64,000 bases of DNA from Glycera tridactyla (taxonomy: Eukaryota). Below are positions 37,703 to 49,000 of the stretch, piece after piece. The notes beneath the pieces were generated by a model, which was not told the DNA's origin, searched no databases, and saw only the letters and a program-made list of their open reading frames with translations. A program made the position numbers and the translations under genes. Location of the stretch: positions 70,866,001 to 70,930,000 of the forward strand of contig OZ286468.1 of the NCBI GenBank assembly GCA_965644265.1, read 5' to 3'. Each line of letters opens with the position of its first letter. Position 1 is the stretch's first letter.

Positions 37703-37798
37703 CTGACCCATTTTGATTTACAATGTTTTCCTATATTTTCAGGTGAGTGAAACTCCCTCATATGTCAACAGAGAGAAAAAGTTTGTGTGCAGATGAGT
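37703..37798 (+). other. Candidate recursive splice site with downstream AT pseudo-donor
   Basis: Branch-like CTGAC (37703-37707), then tgttttcctatattttCAG(37740-37742)|GTGAGT. CAG|ATGAGT follows with +1 at 37793 (50 nt spacing). Confidence 0.75.
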
Positions 37799-37813
37799 GA
37801 GAATATTTTTTTG

Positions 37814-39369
37814 TTTTTTATACCCCGCTTTTGAAAAAGCGGGGTATAATAGTTTCACCTCCGGCTTCCGTACGTACGTACGTACGTACGTCCGTCCGCT
37901 CACATTTCATGCAATCACTTTGAATTGGCTGGTCCAATTTTCATAAAACTTCATAACTGTGATCTATGAAAAAATCGTATTCGAGAATTTGATTTTCGTA
38001 CCCAAAGGTCAAAGGTCAAGGTCACAGGAGCTATTTATAGATTTTCTTATTTTACACTCTATCTCGAGTTAGCCTCAATGGATATGCACCAAACTCACAT
38101 AAAGTAATGACCCAATGTTGGGCCACCTCCCTTTCGATGCATGTGACCCTAGGTCAAAGGTCAAGGTCACAGGAGCTATTTATAGATTTTCCCATTTTAC
38201 ACTCTAACTCAAGCGAGCTTAGATGGATATGCACCAAACTCACACAAAGTAATGACCTAATGATAGGCCACCTCCCTTACGATGCATGTGATCCCAGGTT
38301 GAAGGTCAAGGTCACAGGAGCTATTTATAGATTTCCCCATTTTACACTCTAACTCAAGCGAGCTTAGATGGATATGCACCAAACTTACACAAAGTAATTA
38401 CCTGATAGTAGGCCACCTCTCTTTCGATGCATGTGACCCCAGGTCAAAGGTCAAGGTCACAGGAGCTATTTATAGATTTCCCCATTTTACACTCTAACTC
38501 AAGCCAGCTTTGATGGATATGCACCAAACTTACACAAAGTAATGACCTAATGGTAGGCCACCTCCCTCTCGATGCATGTGACCCCAGGTCGAACATCAAG
38601 GTCACAGGAGCTATTTATAGATTTCCTCATTTTACACTCTAATTCAAGCCAGCTCTGATGGATATTCACCAAACTTACACAATGTAATGACTTGATGGTA
38701 GGCCACCTCCCTTTCGATGCATGTGACCCCATGTCAAAGGTCAAGGTCACAGGAACTATTTACAGATTTTCCCATTTCACACTCTAACTCAAGCGAGATG
38801 GATATGCATCAAACTTACACAAAGTAATGACCTAATGGTAGGCCACCTCCTTTACGATGCATTTGATCCTAGGTCAAAGGTCAAGGTCACAGGAACTATT
38901 CATAAATTTCCTCATTTCACACTCCAGCTCAAGCTCGCATTGATCGATATGCACCGAAATTTCACAACGTAAAGACCCAATGGTGAGATATCTCCCATTT
39001 GATGCATGTGACCCTGCGTCAAAGGTCAAGGCCATAGGAGCTATTTTTAAATTTCCGCATCTCACACAATAATTCAGGCTAGCATTGTTGGATGAAGATC
39101 AAACTGATCAGGGATGATCAAGCAATGTTACAACATCTCACTTACAATGCATGTGACCCTAAGTCATAGGTCAAGGTGAATGTTTTAGGTGCTACTACAT
39201 ATGTATTAGATTTTCTTATTCTACACAGTGATCCAGTGACTTATTACATAGCCAACCAAACATCTCAATGACCTTTTCCGATATGGGTTACCCACTGTGC
39301 TCCAGTGTGCGATATGGGTTACCCACTATGCTCCCGTGTGCGGGGTATATTGCCCCTCTGTGGCCTTGT
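37814..39369 (+). mobile_element. Non-autonomous Helentron-type element (DINE-1/HINE/pearl-like) with internal tandem array, copy 1
   Basis: Starts with tttttTATACCCCGC and a 14-bp hairpin (37819-37848). Then come a (CGTA)n(CGTC)n microsatellite (~37867-37897), a 145-bp tandem array, a 31-bp duplication, the 3' subTIR GCGGGGTATA (39340-39349) and a short terminal stem-loop ...ttgcccctctgtggccttgt. Flanks are T-rich and no TSD is visible. Confidence 0.85.
38011..39176 (+). repeat. Tandem array, eight units of ~145 bp, inside Helentron copy 1
   Basis: The anchor (aag)GTCACAGG or a variant occurs at 38021, 38166, 38311, 38456, 38601, 38746, 38886, 39031 and 39176. All spacings are 145 except one of 140. 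Confidence 0.95.
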
Positions 39370-42300
39370 CTTCTTTTCTCATCCTAGGTTTGGTCACTTT
39401 ATCAGTGTCAAATGAAAGATTTGGTCATTTAAGGAAATTTTAGGATGGCATTCGTGTTTGGCATGGGTGATTTTCTGTTCACTAAGATCATCAAAGCACA
39501 CCCTGGCATGCGTCTACACATGTACTATGTTTATTCTGACCTATGCCCCCCCCCCCCCCATAATGTAGCTGAAATAGTTCAGACTGGAAGCTAAATCCAG
39601 TATTTGTTCATTGACATTGGGCTAAGTATAGACTATTTGCTTCTGAACTCAGACAGGCACTATCAAATACACAGCCTCATCTGAAAAACATGAATTCATT
39701 GTCATTGATTGTACTGTCATTGCGGGGTTTGCTTGGCTTTGATTTTGGAGTTCATGGTATGTCCCGTTGATCTTGACCTTGAGAGAAAGCCAAGTCAAGG
39801 TCAGATTCCGAAGCCATGCTATGTGACTCACATTCTCTAATCTCCTCGAAATGACAAAAGTCTTGGTCATGTCTTCTGAATCAGCCAATCTACTCAGAAT
39901 CACTAATGTATTCGTAAAGGACAATATTTGCATATTTGCAGTTGCAAATTCGTGAGTCCTCCTTTATGTGGGTGAATGCTTTCACTAAATCCCTACAGGT
40001 GGCCGCGATATTGGACCTCAAGATGGCGGTAAATAGTGAACCTCGGACAATCGACAGTCGTATTGTTCAACCTATTGTTCGATGTGCGTTTATTTGCTCG
40101 TACATTATGCTTAATAGTGAAGAAGAAAAGTGATAGTGAGACACAGATGACTCTTTCCTGTCTGAAGTGATTTATAACACTGCATGTTTGATTTCCGCTT
40201 CCACATGGTTTCATCAAATGATATACAAAAGGAGGTAGTATTTGGTGTTGTGATTAGAAATACACCTTTACCAGTCAAAATATCACCTGAAAAAATAATG
40301 ATTTTCAATTGAAATCAAGAATATGATTCCACACAATGTGTTATTGATTCTTTGAATCACTGACAACCTTTTTCAATTGGTGGGAGAGGAACATCGCGCC
40401 CAAGAAGTCAAAATATCAATTAATTGATAGTCAATAAAAACTTCCATAGAATAGTAGGCTTATGGCATGTCAGATGGCAGAATAATTCCCGATGTGCTTT
40501 CTTATTTGTCTTTGGCTTTCGTGGAAAAAGCAGTTGCTTTCATATCTATTATCGGCTTCTGTTAGCAAACATTTTTTTTCACTTTTTACATAAGATGCAA
40601 CTGCCTTGGAAGGTCTCACATTGCCAATGAAACTCACATTGTCTACAGAACCCAAAACAATGTAGCCTCGACTCTGTGGCAGATATCTTCATACAACATG
40701 AGGCACATTATGATTTCATGGAATTAACATTGTTTATTTTATTCCACATAGTTGAGAAATGAATTACCAAAGCAAATAAGGTATTCTTGACTGAAAAAAA
40801 TGACTCAATGAATGCAATATCATTTGAAGAGTTTTGTTGTCACGAAATGTAGGACATCAGATGTATGAATTGAAATCATATAATTGATGAAATAGTTGTG
40901 AGAGATAATTTAGGCATCTTCAGGTTGCTCTCATGATATTCGACTTTATTTCAAGAAATGTTGTCTCAAGTGATAGATTTTGTTGCTGTTGTAATCTTGT
41001 ATTTCATTGCTCAGAAATGACTACAGCACCATAGCAAGCTGATAGTTGTATTTAAAAATCAATATATGATGTGCCTGAATGCAGGACCATAGCGAGCAAG
41101 TAGTTGTATTCAAAAATCAACTTATTTCGTGCCTATGTTTTCGAAAGTGTCACCACATCTGTCATTGAATCATGACAGAAATTTGCTGCTGATTCTTCAT
41201 GTTTTGACTATTGGAGTGACATGCAAGTTGGAGAGGAATTTGGCATATGTCAGGTAGGCAACAGACAGCCATTATTGTCCTCAGTTCAGTCTGATTTTTG
41301 CCTTGCTTTCATCAGCATATGAACACTTTTTGACAATAATGATCCATAATTGAGCACAGAATCAAACACTAATAGCAGCTGCCAGTATTCCAGTTCACAC
41401 CACCAGTCACGAAGAGGCATGCTGCCTCATATTTATCAAATCATTTGCAAAAGTGATCGACAAAGTCCGCTTCTCACATAAAAGCTAATCTTCATCTTTC
41501 TCTTTCATATTTTGTATTTTCTTCTTCATCTTGGGGAGTTTTACACCAATGTTGGTATTACATTCAGATGGATTCGCTTGGGACATCAAATGGTAATATT
41601 TCAGGAGATTTATGGGGATCTGAAATTCACAGCTTGATCACATGACTTGATCACATGACTGAAGTATGTGGTTCTTGACCTCATCCATTATCACTGTTAT
41701 GACATAATTCAGGTCAATTTCTCATGATGTCATTCCATTGGTGCATTGCTGTCAAACAGATGAGTGAGGTTTCATCGTTTGAAATTCAAAATGTGAAGGA
41801 AAACAGTAATCTTTCTCTGCTTCAGATTGTTCATTAAAGTGAAACAGGGATGAGAGATCTGCTGTCAAGAGACCACCTTTTTGGGAAGACCACTGTATAG
41901 AAGTCTTCTTTTAGGTTGAGGTGAATATCACCTCTTAGCAAAAGAGCAAATTTGCTCAATTGATTTTGAGCATTTCATCTTTGCAAGCCAAGATTGTGGA
42001 TTGGCACCATGATTCAAGTATCTCCAGTTAATATTTCATTTCATATTTTGGCCTCTCGGTAATGTGAAATGAAATGTGGAAACCTCCTCAATTTCTTGAG
42101 GTGTGAAATTCAAGTTGTTGTGAAGTGTTTGGGCGGATGCATTCCTGTTGCCAAATTGAGCGTGTCACATTCATCCAGCCATGCATGGCCATCAGACATG
42201 CCAACTACTTTCTTTTCTTTGTGAAAAAGATAATTGTTATTCTTCATCATGGAACACAGGACGACACTTCTGATGATAATAGGAATAATGTCCTGTCAAA

Positions 42301-42370
42301 GAAAATAAGTCAAATCTATCATCTTCCCCAAACTTTTATGTTCTAATGACTCACTTGATATTTTTGGCCA

Positions 42371-43860
42371 TTTTTATACCCCGCTTTTGAAAAAATGGGG
42401 TATTATAGTTTCACCTCCGGCGTCCGGTACGTACGTCCGTCCGTCCGCTCACATTTCATGCAATAACTTTGAATTGGCTGGTCCAATTTTCATAAAACTT
42501 CATAACTGTGATCTAGGTAAAAATCATATTCCAGAATTTGATTTTTGTGCCCAGAAGTCAAAGGTCAAGGTCACAGGAGCTATTTATAGATTTTCTTATT
42601 TTACACTCTAACTCGAGCTAGCCTTGATGGATATGCACCAAACTTACACAAAGTAATGATCCAAAAGTGGGCCACCTTCCTTTCGATGCATGTGACCCCA
42701 GGTCAAAGGTCAAGGTCACAGGAGCTATTTATAGATTTTCTTATTTTACACTCTAACTTGAGCTAGCGTTGATGGATATGCATCAAACTTACATAAAGTG
42801 ATGACCCGATAGTGGGCCACCTCCCTTTCGATGCACGTGACCCCAGGTCAAAGGTCAAGGTCACAGGAGCTATTTATAGATTTTCTTATTTTACACTATA
42901 ACTCAAGCTAGCCTTGATGGATATGCACCAGACTCACACAAAGTAATGACTCAATGGTGGGCCACCTCCCTTTTGATTCATGTGACCCCAGGTCAAAGGT
43001 CAAGGTCACAGGAGCTATTTATAGATTTTCTTATTTTACACTCCAATCAAGCTAGCCTCGATGGATATGCACCAAACTCACACAAAGTAATGACTCAATG
43101 GTGGGCCACCTCCCTTTTAATTCATGTGACCCCAGGTCATAGGTCAAGGTCACAGGAGCCATTTATAGGTTTTCTCATTACACACTCTAACTCAAACTAG
43201 CTTCAATGGTTACGCACTAAACTCACACAAAGTAATGACCCAATAGTGGGCCACCTCCCATCTGATGCATGTGACCCCAGGTCGAAGGTCAAGGTCACAG
43301 GAGCTATTTATAGGTTTCCTTATATTTTACACTCTAACTCAGGCTAGCCTAGATGGATATGCACCAAACTTACACAAGTAATGACCCAATGGTGGGCCAC
43401 CTCCCTTTTGATGTATGTGACCCAGGTCAAAGGTCAAGGTCACAGGCGCTATTCATAGATTTTCTCATCTTACACTATAACTCAAGCTAGCGTTGATGGA
43501 TATGCACCAAACTTACACAAAGTAATGACCCAATTGTGAGATATCTACCATTCAATGCATGTGACCCTGGGTCAAAGGTCAAGGCCACAGGAGCAATTTT
43601 TAAATTTCTGCATCTCACACAATAACTTAGGCTAGCATCGTTAGATAAAGATCAAACTGATCTGGGATGATCAAGCAATGTTACAACGTCTCCCTTACAA
43701 TACATGTGACCCTAAGTCATAGGTCAGTGACTTGTTACATAGCCAACCAAACATCTCAATGATCTTTTCCAATATGGGTTACCCACTGTGCTCCCTTGTG
43801 CGATATGGGTTACCCACTGTGCTCCCATGTGCGGGGTATCTTGCCCCTCTGTGGCCTTGT
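42371..43860 (+). mobile_element. Non-autonomous Helentron-type element with internal tandem array, copy 2
   Basis: Same termini (tttttataccccgcttttgaaaaaatggggtat ... gcggggtatcttgcccctctgtggccttgt), the same (CGTA/CGTC) microsatellite, 145-bp array and 31-bp duplication as copy 1, in the same orientation. Confidence 0.85.
42560..43726 (+). repeat. Tandem array, eight units of ~145 bp, inside Helentron copy 2
   Basis: Anchors at 42570, 42715, 42860, 43005, 43149, 43294, 43439 and 43584, plus a last truncated anchor at ~43721-43726. Confidence 0.95.
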
Positions 43861-44813
43861 TGTCTTACTAGTTGTTGCTCCAAAGCTTCGGTGGTTCCCT
43901 CTCACAGTATGGGGTGTGAAATCTTGATAGCACTGCTCACTGAAAATTTGTCAATTTTTTTTCATTTTATGCATGTGTATGCAAGTTTACACGAATACAA
44001 GTCATTTTTTAACAGTCCTCAACAAATCCAGGTTAGATCATCGAAACTCTCACTATTGTGAGATTTCTTTCCTGATTGGGACTCCGATAGTTATTATCGG
44101 ATGGTCCCGTAATCAAAATTCAGCTACTTGTATAGAATGAGGTATAGTTGTAGCTTTAAGCATGCATTAAGCATCTCACCAATGAGATTCATAATTCTGT
44201 TGGGTTAGTACATGACATCAAACTCCAACCAATCAATCAACTATTTACCCATAGGCAGCAGGTATAGTCAGCCTTGCACTAAGAGGATGCCCTGAAGATC
44301 ACCAAATGGTCATCCCTTAAAAGATGTCATTTCTCATCAGCGGTTTATTCAATATGTTGAATGAAACATTGTCCTGATAAGGCATTAGGGCCTGTCCTCA
44401 GGGCCTCTTAACACAGATTTCACTCTAGTGAAAACAGTGCTGATTGGGAGGCTGTCTGAGAGAGGCTAATATATTGTTGACTGAAAGAATTGTGACCATA
44501 GCTGAGAGAATTGGGCATTTTTGCCAGTGCATATAAGGTCCTGCTGTCAAGGTACATGGTGAGGTTGTGAGGTCAGATATCTTGTCATGGATGATGATGT
44601 GTCCTGTGGCCGAGCCCAGGTGTGGTGAGAGAAGATGATAATTCTCTCATATTAACTGCCCACCTGAGCCCCGAGTCAACCCCCCCCCCCCCCTCCTCCA
44701 CAGATCAGCCCTGTAAGATGACTATTACCAGTCATTCTGTTTGTACCCATGGTCTGAATGCTGCTATTCAATTTCCCTATCAACCAGAGTGAATCCACCC
44801 GTTGGATTTAATA

Positions 44814-44990
44814 CAGTGAAACCTGTCTTAAGTGAAAAGTCGCAGGACCAAATTTTTCTTTCACTTAAGACAGGATTTTGCTTAGCGCAGGACAATTATA
44901 GTGAGAACAAAAAAACCGGGCCGATTGTGGGGTATGTGCTTAAGACAGGATTTTGCCTAGCGCAGGTTTACTCTCGAGCAGGTTTCACTG
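44814..44990. mobile_element. Intact pogo-like MITE, twin copy A
   Basis: ta-CAGTGAAACCTG...CAGGTTTCACTG-ta, with an internal hairpin cttaagtgaaa/tttcacttaag and two cttaagacaggattttgcYtagcgcagg repeats. Confidence 0.9.
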
Positions 44991-45825
44991 TATTGTGTTA
45001 AAAATATGGTGTTTTTCAGATGCTGACATATGTTTATGGAATTGAGTTTTTTGGGGCAGTGCTCATTCTGCAAGGTGCTTCTTTGTTGCAGCGTTGGCTG
45101 TGTCGGCCATTTTGACTGGAAGGAATGGTAAACAAGATGGCTTCCAATGTCACTCGAAAATGACCAGGGAAAAGAGACTATGGTGCTGCTCATAATTAAA
45201 ACACACTATGAGAGTTCAAAGTGAACATCTGTCTTCCTGTTCTATCCTCTTTCTTCCTATATTTTTACAAAGAGCCATGCATAATTGCAGAAAAAAGTCA
45301 GGCAAGTCGGATGAAAGTATTCTGCCCATCCATTATAGTAATGTTGACTCCACTCTTCCATGCAGGCTTGCAGTTGTGAGGCTTTCAACTTTGCTTCATG
45401 ACCCGATTCATAGCAGTTGATGGCTGATCTTAGCACTTGTAACAAATCAAGCCAAGTCCCGATACTACTACTACCAGTTTGTGTGCCTGACATTTGACGT
45501 GATTTTATCTCTGCCGAGTGTTCCGGTATCACCCCTGCCAGTAAGTGTTACTCGTAGACTGAGCCATGAAATTGAGCACAGATGAGTGTAACCGAGGTGT
45601 CAGAACAAGTGTAAACATTGCACAGAAGAACTCCAACAAAATTGTTCAGATTTTTTTCACTCCTGGGCAATATTTATGTGTTTCATGATTGGTACAAATT
45701 AGGATTACTTTTCAACTATACCCCATTCACAGGGTCTAATTGTTAACATTGGTACATTTTCTTTGGCATGTCGAAGTTGACTTTCTCAGAAAATTATGCT
45801 AGACTCAACCACATTTTGCGCACTA

Positions 45826-46001
45826 CAGTAAAACCTGTCTTAAGTGAAAAGTCATGGGACCAAATTTTTCTTTCACTTAAGACAGGATTTTGCTTAATGC
45901 AGGACAATCATAGTGAGAAAAAACATCCGGGCAGACCGTGGGGCATGTGCTTAAGACAGGATTTTGCCTAGCGCAGGTTTACTCTCAAGCAGGTTTCACT
46001 G
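45826..46001. mobile_element. Intact pogo-like MITE, twin copy B
   Basis: ta-CAGTAAAACCTG...CAGGTTTCACTG-ta. Roughly 90% identical by eye to 44814-44990, in the same orientation. Confidence 0.9.
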
Positions 46002-49000
46002 TACTTGCAATGTTATGGGTGTTTTTTTTTTTAAACTACAGCTACAACCTGTCATTTATGGGCAATATTCACATCAACTCACATTTCAGTTTTTGTAGAA
46101 GACTTCAGGATCAGATAAAACATGATTGAGATGTGAAAGAGGAAAAATTTGAATGACACAATACTGTCATACTTACCCCAAATCAAATTTTCATTTCATG
46201 AATGGATCAACAATGGTGAATGGGTCGAGGGGGAACAGTCCATTTTCTATTTTGTTCACTTTTTCTGCTGACTAATATGTTTTGTTGAAAAAGGAGAAGT
46301 AATCAAGCTGACCTTGATTCAAATCGCGAGATTGTGTTCCACGCTATTGTTGGGATAATGATCCAGACATGACCAGGTATGAATGGCTGCGATGTAAAAA
46401 GACATCTGCAACTGTAAATGTAAAAAGACATCTTCGCGTACCAGATTAATTCATATGTCTCACTGTGGCAAGACTTTTCGAATAATATTTCTGCCAGTGA
46501 GTGATTTCTAAATTCATGTAACATTATAGTTGTGGATAATATTGGATTATGGGTTTTGGCATTTCTGTTTTGCTTGGCATCTGGATGGACTGTCACCATC
46601 AAGTATTGATGGGGAAGAATGTATGAGAGGTGGGGAGCATTAGCTTCAGCATTGCCACAGAGTATTGGGTTGCGTTTCACTTCATTTGTTGAGCTGATTA
46701 TTATTATTATCTATTCTCTTCTCAGTGGGAAGCATGACTCCAGCATACTGAATGAGATGGAGAAAAAAATGGAGTCTCACATTCTGACATTTCTCAGTTT
46801 CCTGATTATTAGGTGACCTTATCAGGTGAACATTCAAGATTCATAATCTCCAACAGTTTAACTGCATTTCATACTTATTGGGTGGAAATTAAACCAATGT
46901 CACTCTTTCATTTTAACTCACACAGTGTACAATTCTGATGTGGGCAGGAAAGTTTTCCTCTTCTCCCTCTCACATTCCATGTGATTTTAGTCAGTGAAGT
47001 AAGGCATTCATCTATATATCCTACCATAGACTTACCATAATTTTTAGTCCAAGTCTGCATTGGTATACATCCTTTATGGTCACCTCAATAGTTGTCATAT
47101 GCAGACCTCATTGTATTTATCCCCATCCTCCAAACTTTAGTGCTGGATACCACTGGAAAACTGATGAAACACTGTTGAACTGCTTCTTCATGAGAAATTG
47201 TCCCGAATTATAAAAGACAATCGAGAAATTTGCTGAAAAACTTGACTTTTACAAAACTGGATCTTGATGATATCACGCAAGAGGTGCACATTTGTATGAG
47301 CTATAGATACAGACAAATATGTGATATCAGACTTGTCATTTTCTCTGCAATCCCAGGGTGGAGCACACTGCAGTCATTGATACAAGATGACAGTAAATGA
47401 CCATTCCTAATTGCGCAAGTGTATAGTTTGCTTCTTTGTTCATTCCTTCAAGATTTTCATCAAAGGTAGAACCCGGCAGAGTGACAGAACACATAAAATT
47501 ACATCCTCTGCATTTGCCTAATGAAACTGATATGAATTAATGGCATCCTGATCAGAGATAGTTCTCCTAATTTTGTCAGAGAGGACTATTTCTGATGAGA
47601 TTAGGCACAATTATACTTGTCATCGATCTTATTTGTGCTTTGTTGTAGGTTGTTGCAATTGCGGCAATTGCTGTAGCTAGCCCGGGGACAGGCCGTCCAT
47701 TGTCCAAACACTCAGGCGGGTCAAGAAATCAGTGACCCAGTATGCATAATTGCAGGAATGTGAATTAGCATTATATCCCAACAGGCCATTATGCAGGTTC
47801 TCCTGCAGGGGATGGGAAACCAACAGCCATTTTGGATGGGTCCTCTTATTAGTTTTATGCATATATTTTGTTTGAATCAAACTTTATCTGCTCTCCCTTG
47901 CACTGACCATAAATCAAATTCACAGAGAAAACAAAATTGAAAAGGATGCTGAAATACATTTGACCACTCAGCGTGATGGGTTGCAGGTGGCCGTTCACAA
48001 ATTAAATGTTTTCAGCTTTTACTGTGAAGAAAAACAGAAAATTCTATCACAAAATGTTACCACAAGTTCTTGTAAATACAGATAATGCATATCCACCTGA
48101 CTCAGAGAGGAATTTTCAAATAATTCTGTGATCATAGCTATGGAAGTTGGAAGTTCAAAAGTAGATCAGGCACCAGTCAGATATATAAAGTTAAGAGTTG
48201 TGATGGATTTCAGGAGAGAGACAAATATATGGCATCAGAATGGAGGGTATTGTGTAGAAAGTCTTGGGTGGACCATACTGGATACTGCCAATGTATCGTC
48301 TCTTCTGTTTGCGTGTTTTGGGCAAGAAAGATGTTGACAAATTGGGATGTCCAACTGCTTCATTGCCGCGAGGCGTTTTATCATGATTTGTGGAAAGGCA
48401 AGTAATCCATGACAGGTGAATTATGGGTAAATGACCAAGATGACTCATAATGACTCGTCATTACTGAATAATATCTCTGTCTTCATATATCATGTTTCTA
48501 CCTGGATGAAATGACCGTGACCATTCACCATAAATACTTTGGCAGTCATGATGTGCTTCATTCATCATGGTGACACAACACATTTGGGAAGATCATGATC
48601 TGCACTCGAAGAAACTGCAAACTTTAGGATTGGATGTTCTGTCTTCAGGTCAAATGAAGCTCATGAGTAGTAACCACCAGAATAAATAGATTGAAGAAAA
48701 TTGAAATCGTTCACAAAATTATACAACTGAGACCAGTTTGTGGGAAATGGACTAATGCTTCAAGATCTATTGCAAACTTGCTGAACTCAGTAGACTTGCA
48801 GAGCTGCACTCTCCCACATGGTTGTGAATCAACAAAAGATGGGATTTGCATGTCTGGAATTTTATTGTCTCTACGGCAACAATTAGTGAGCCATGAATTT
48901 GGTGAAATTATGCTGTAGAAAGAGATACCCTGAATGTGCAAGGGTTGTTGTGTTGGGAGCCCTTGTTGTCGACTTCTGCCATCACTGATTACATCTCCAA

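Noticed and set aside
37814-43860. 145-bp arrays as CRISPR-like or coding repeats
   Set aside because: Units are contiguous with no unique spacers, the ORFs are short and interrupted, and the Helentron termini explain them.
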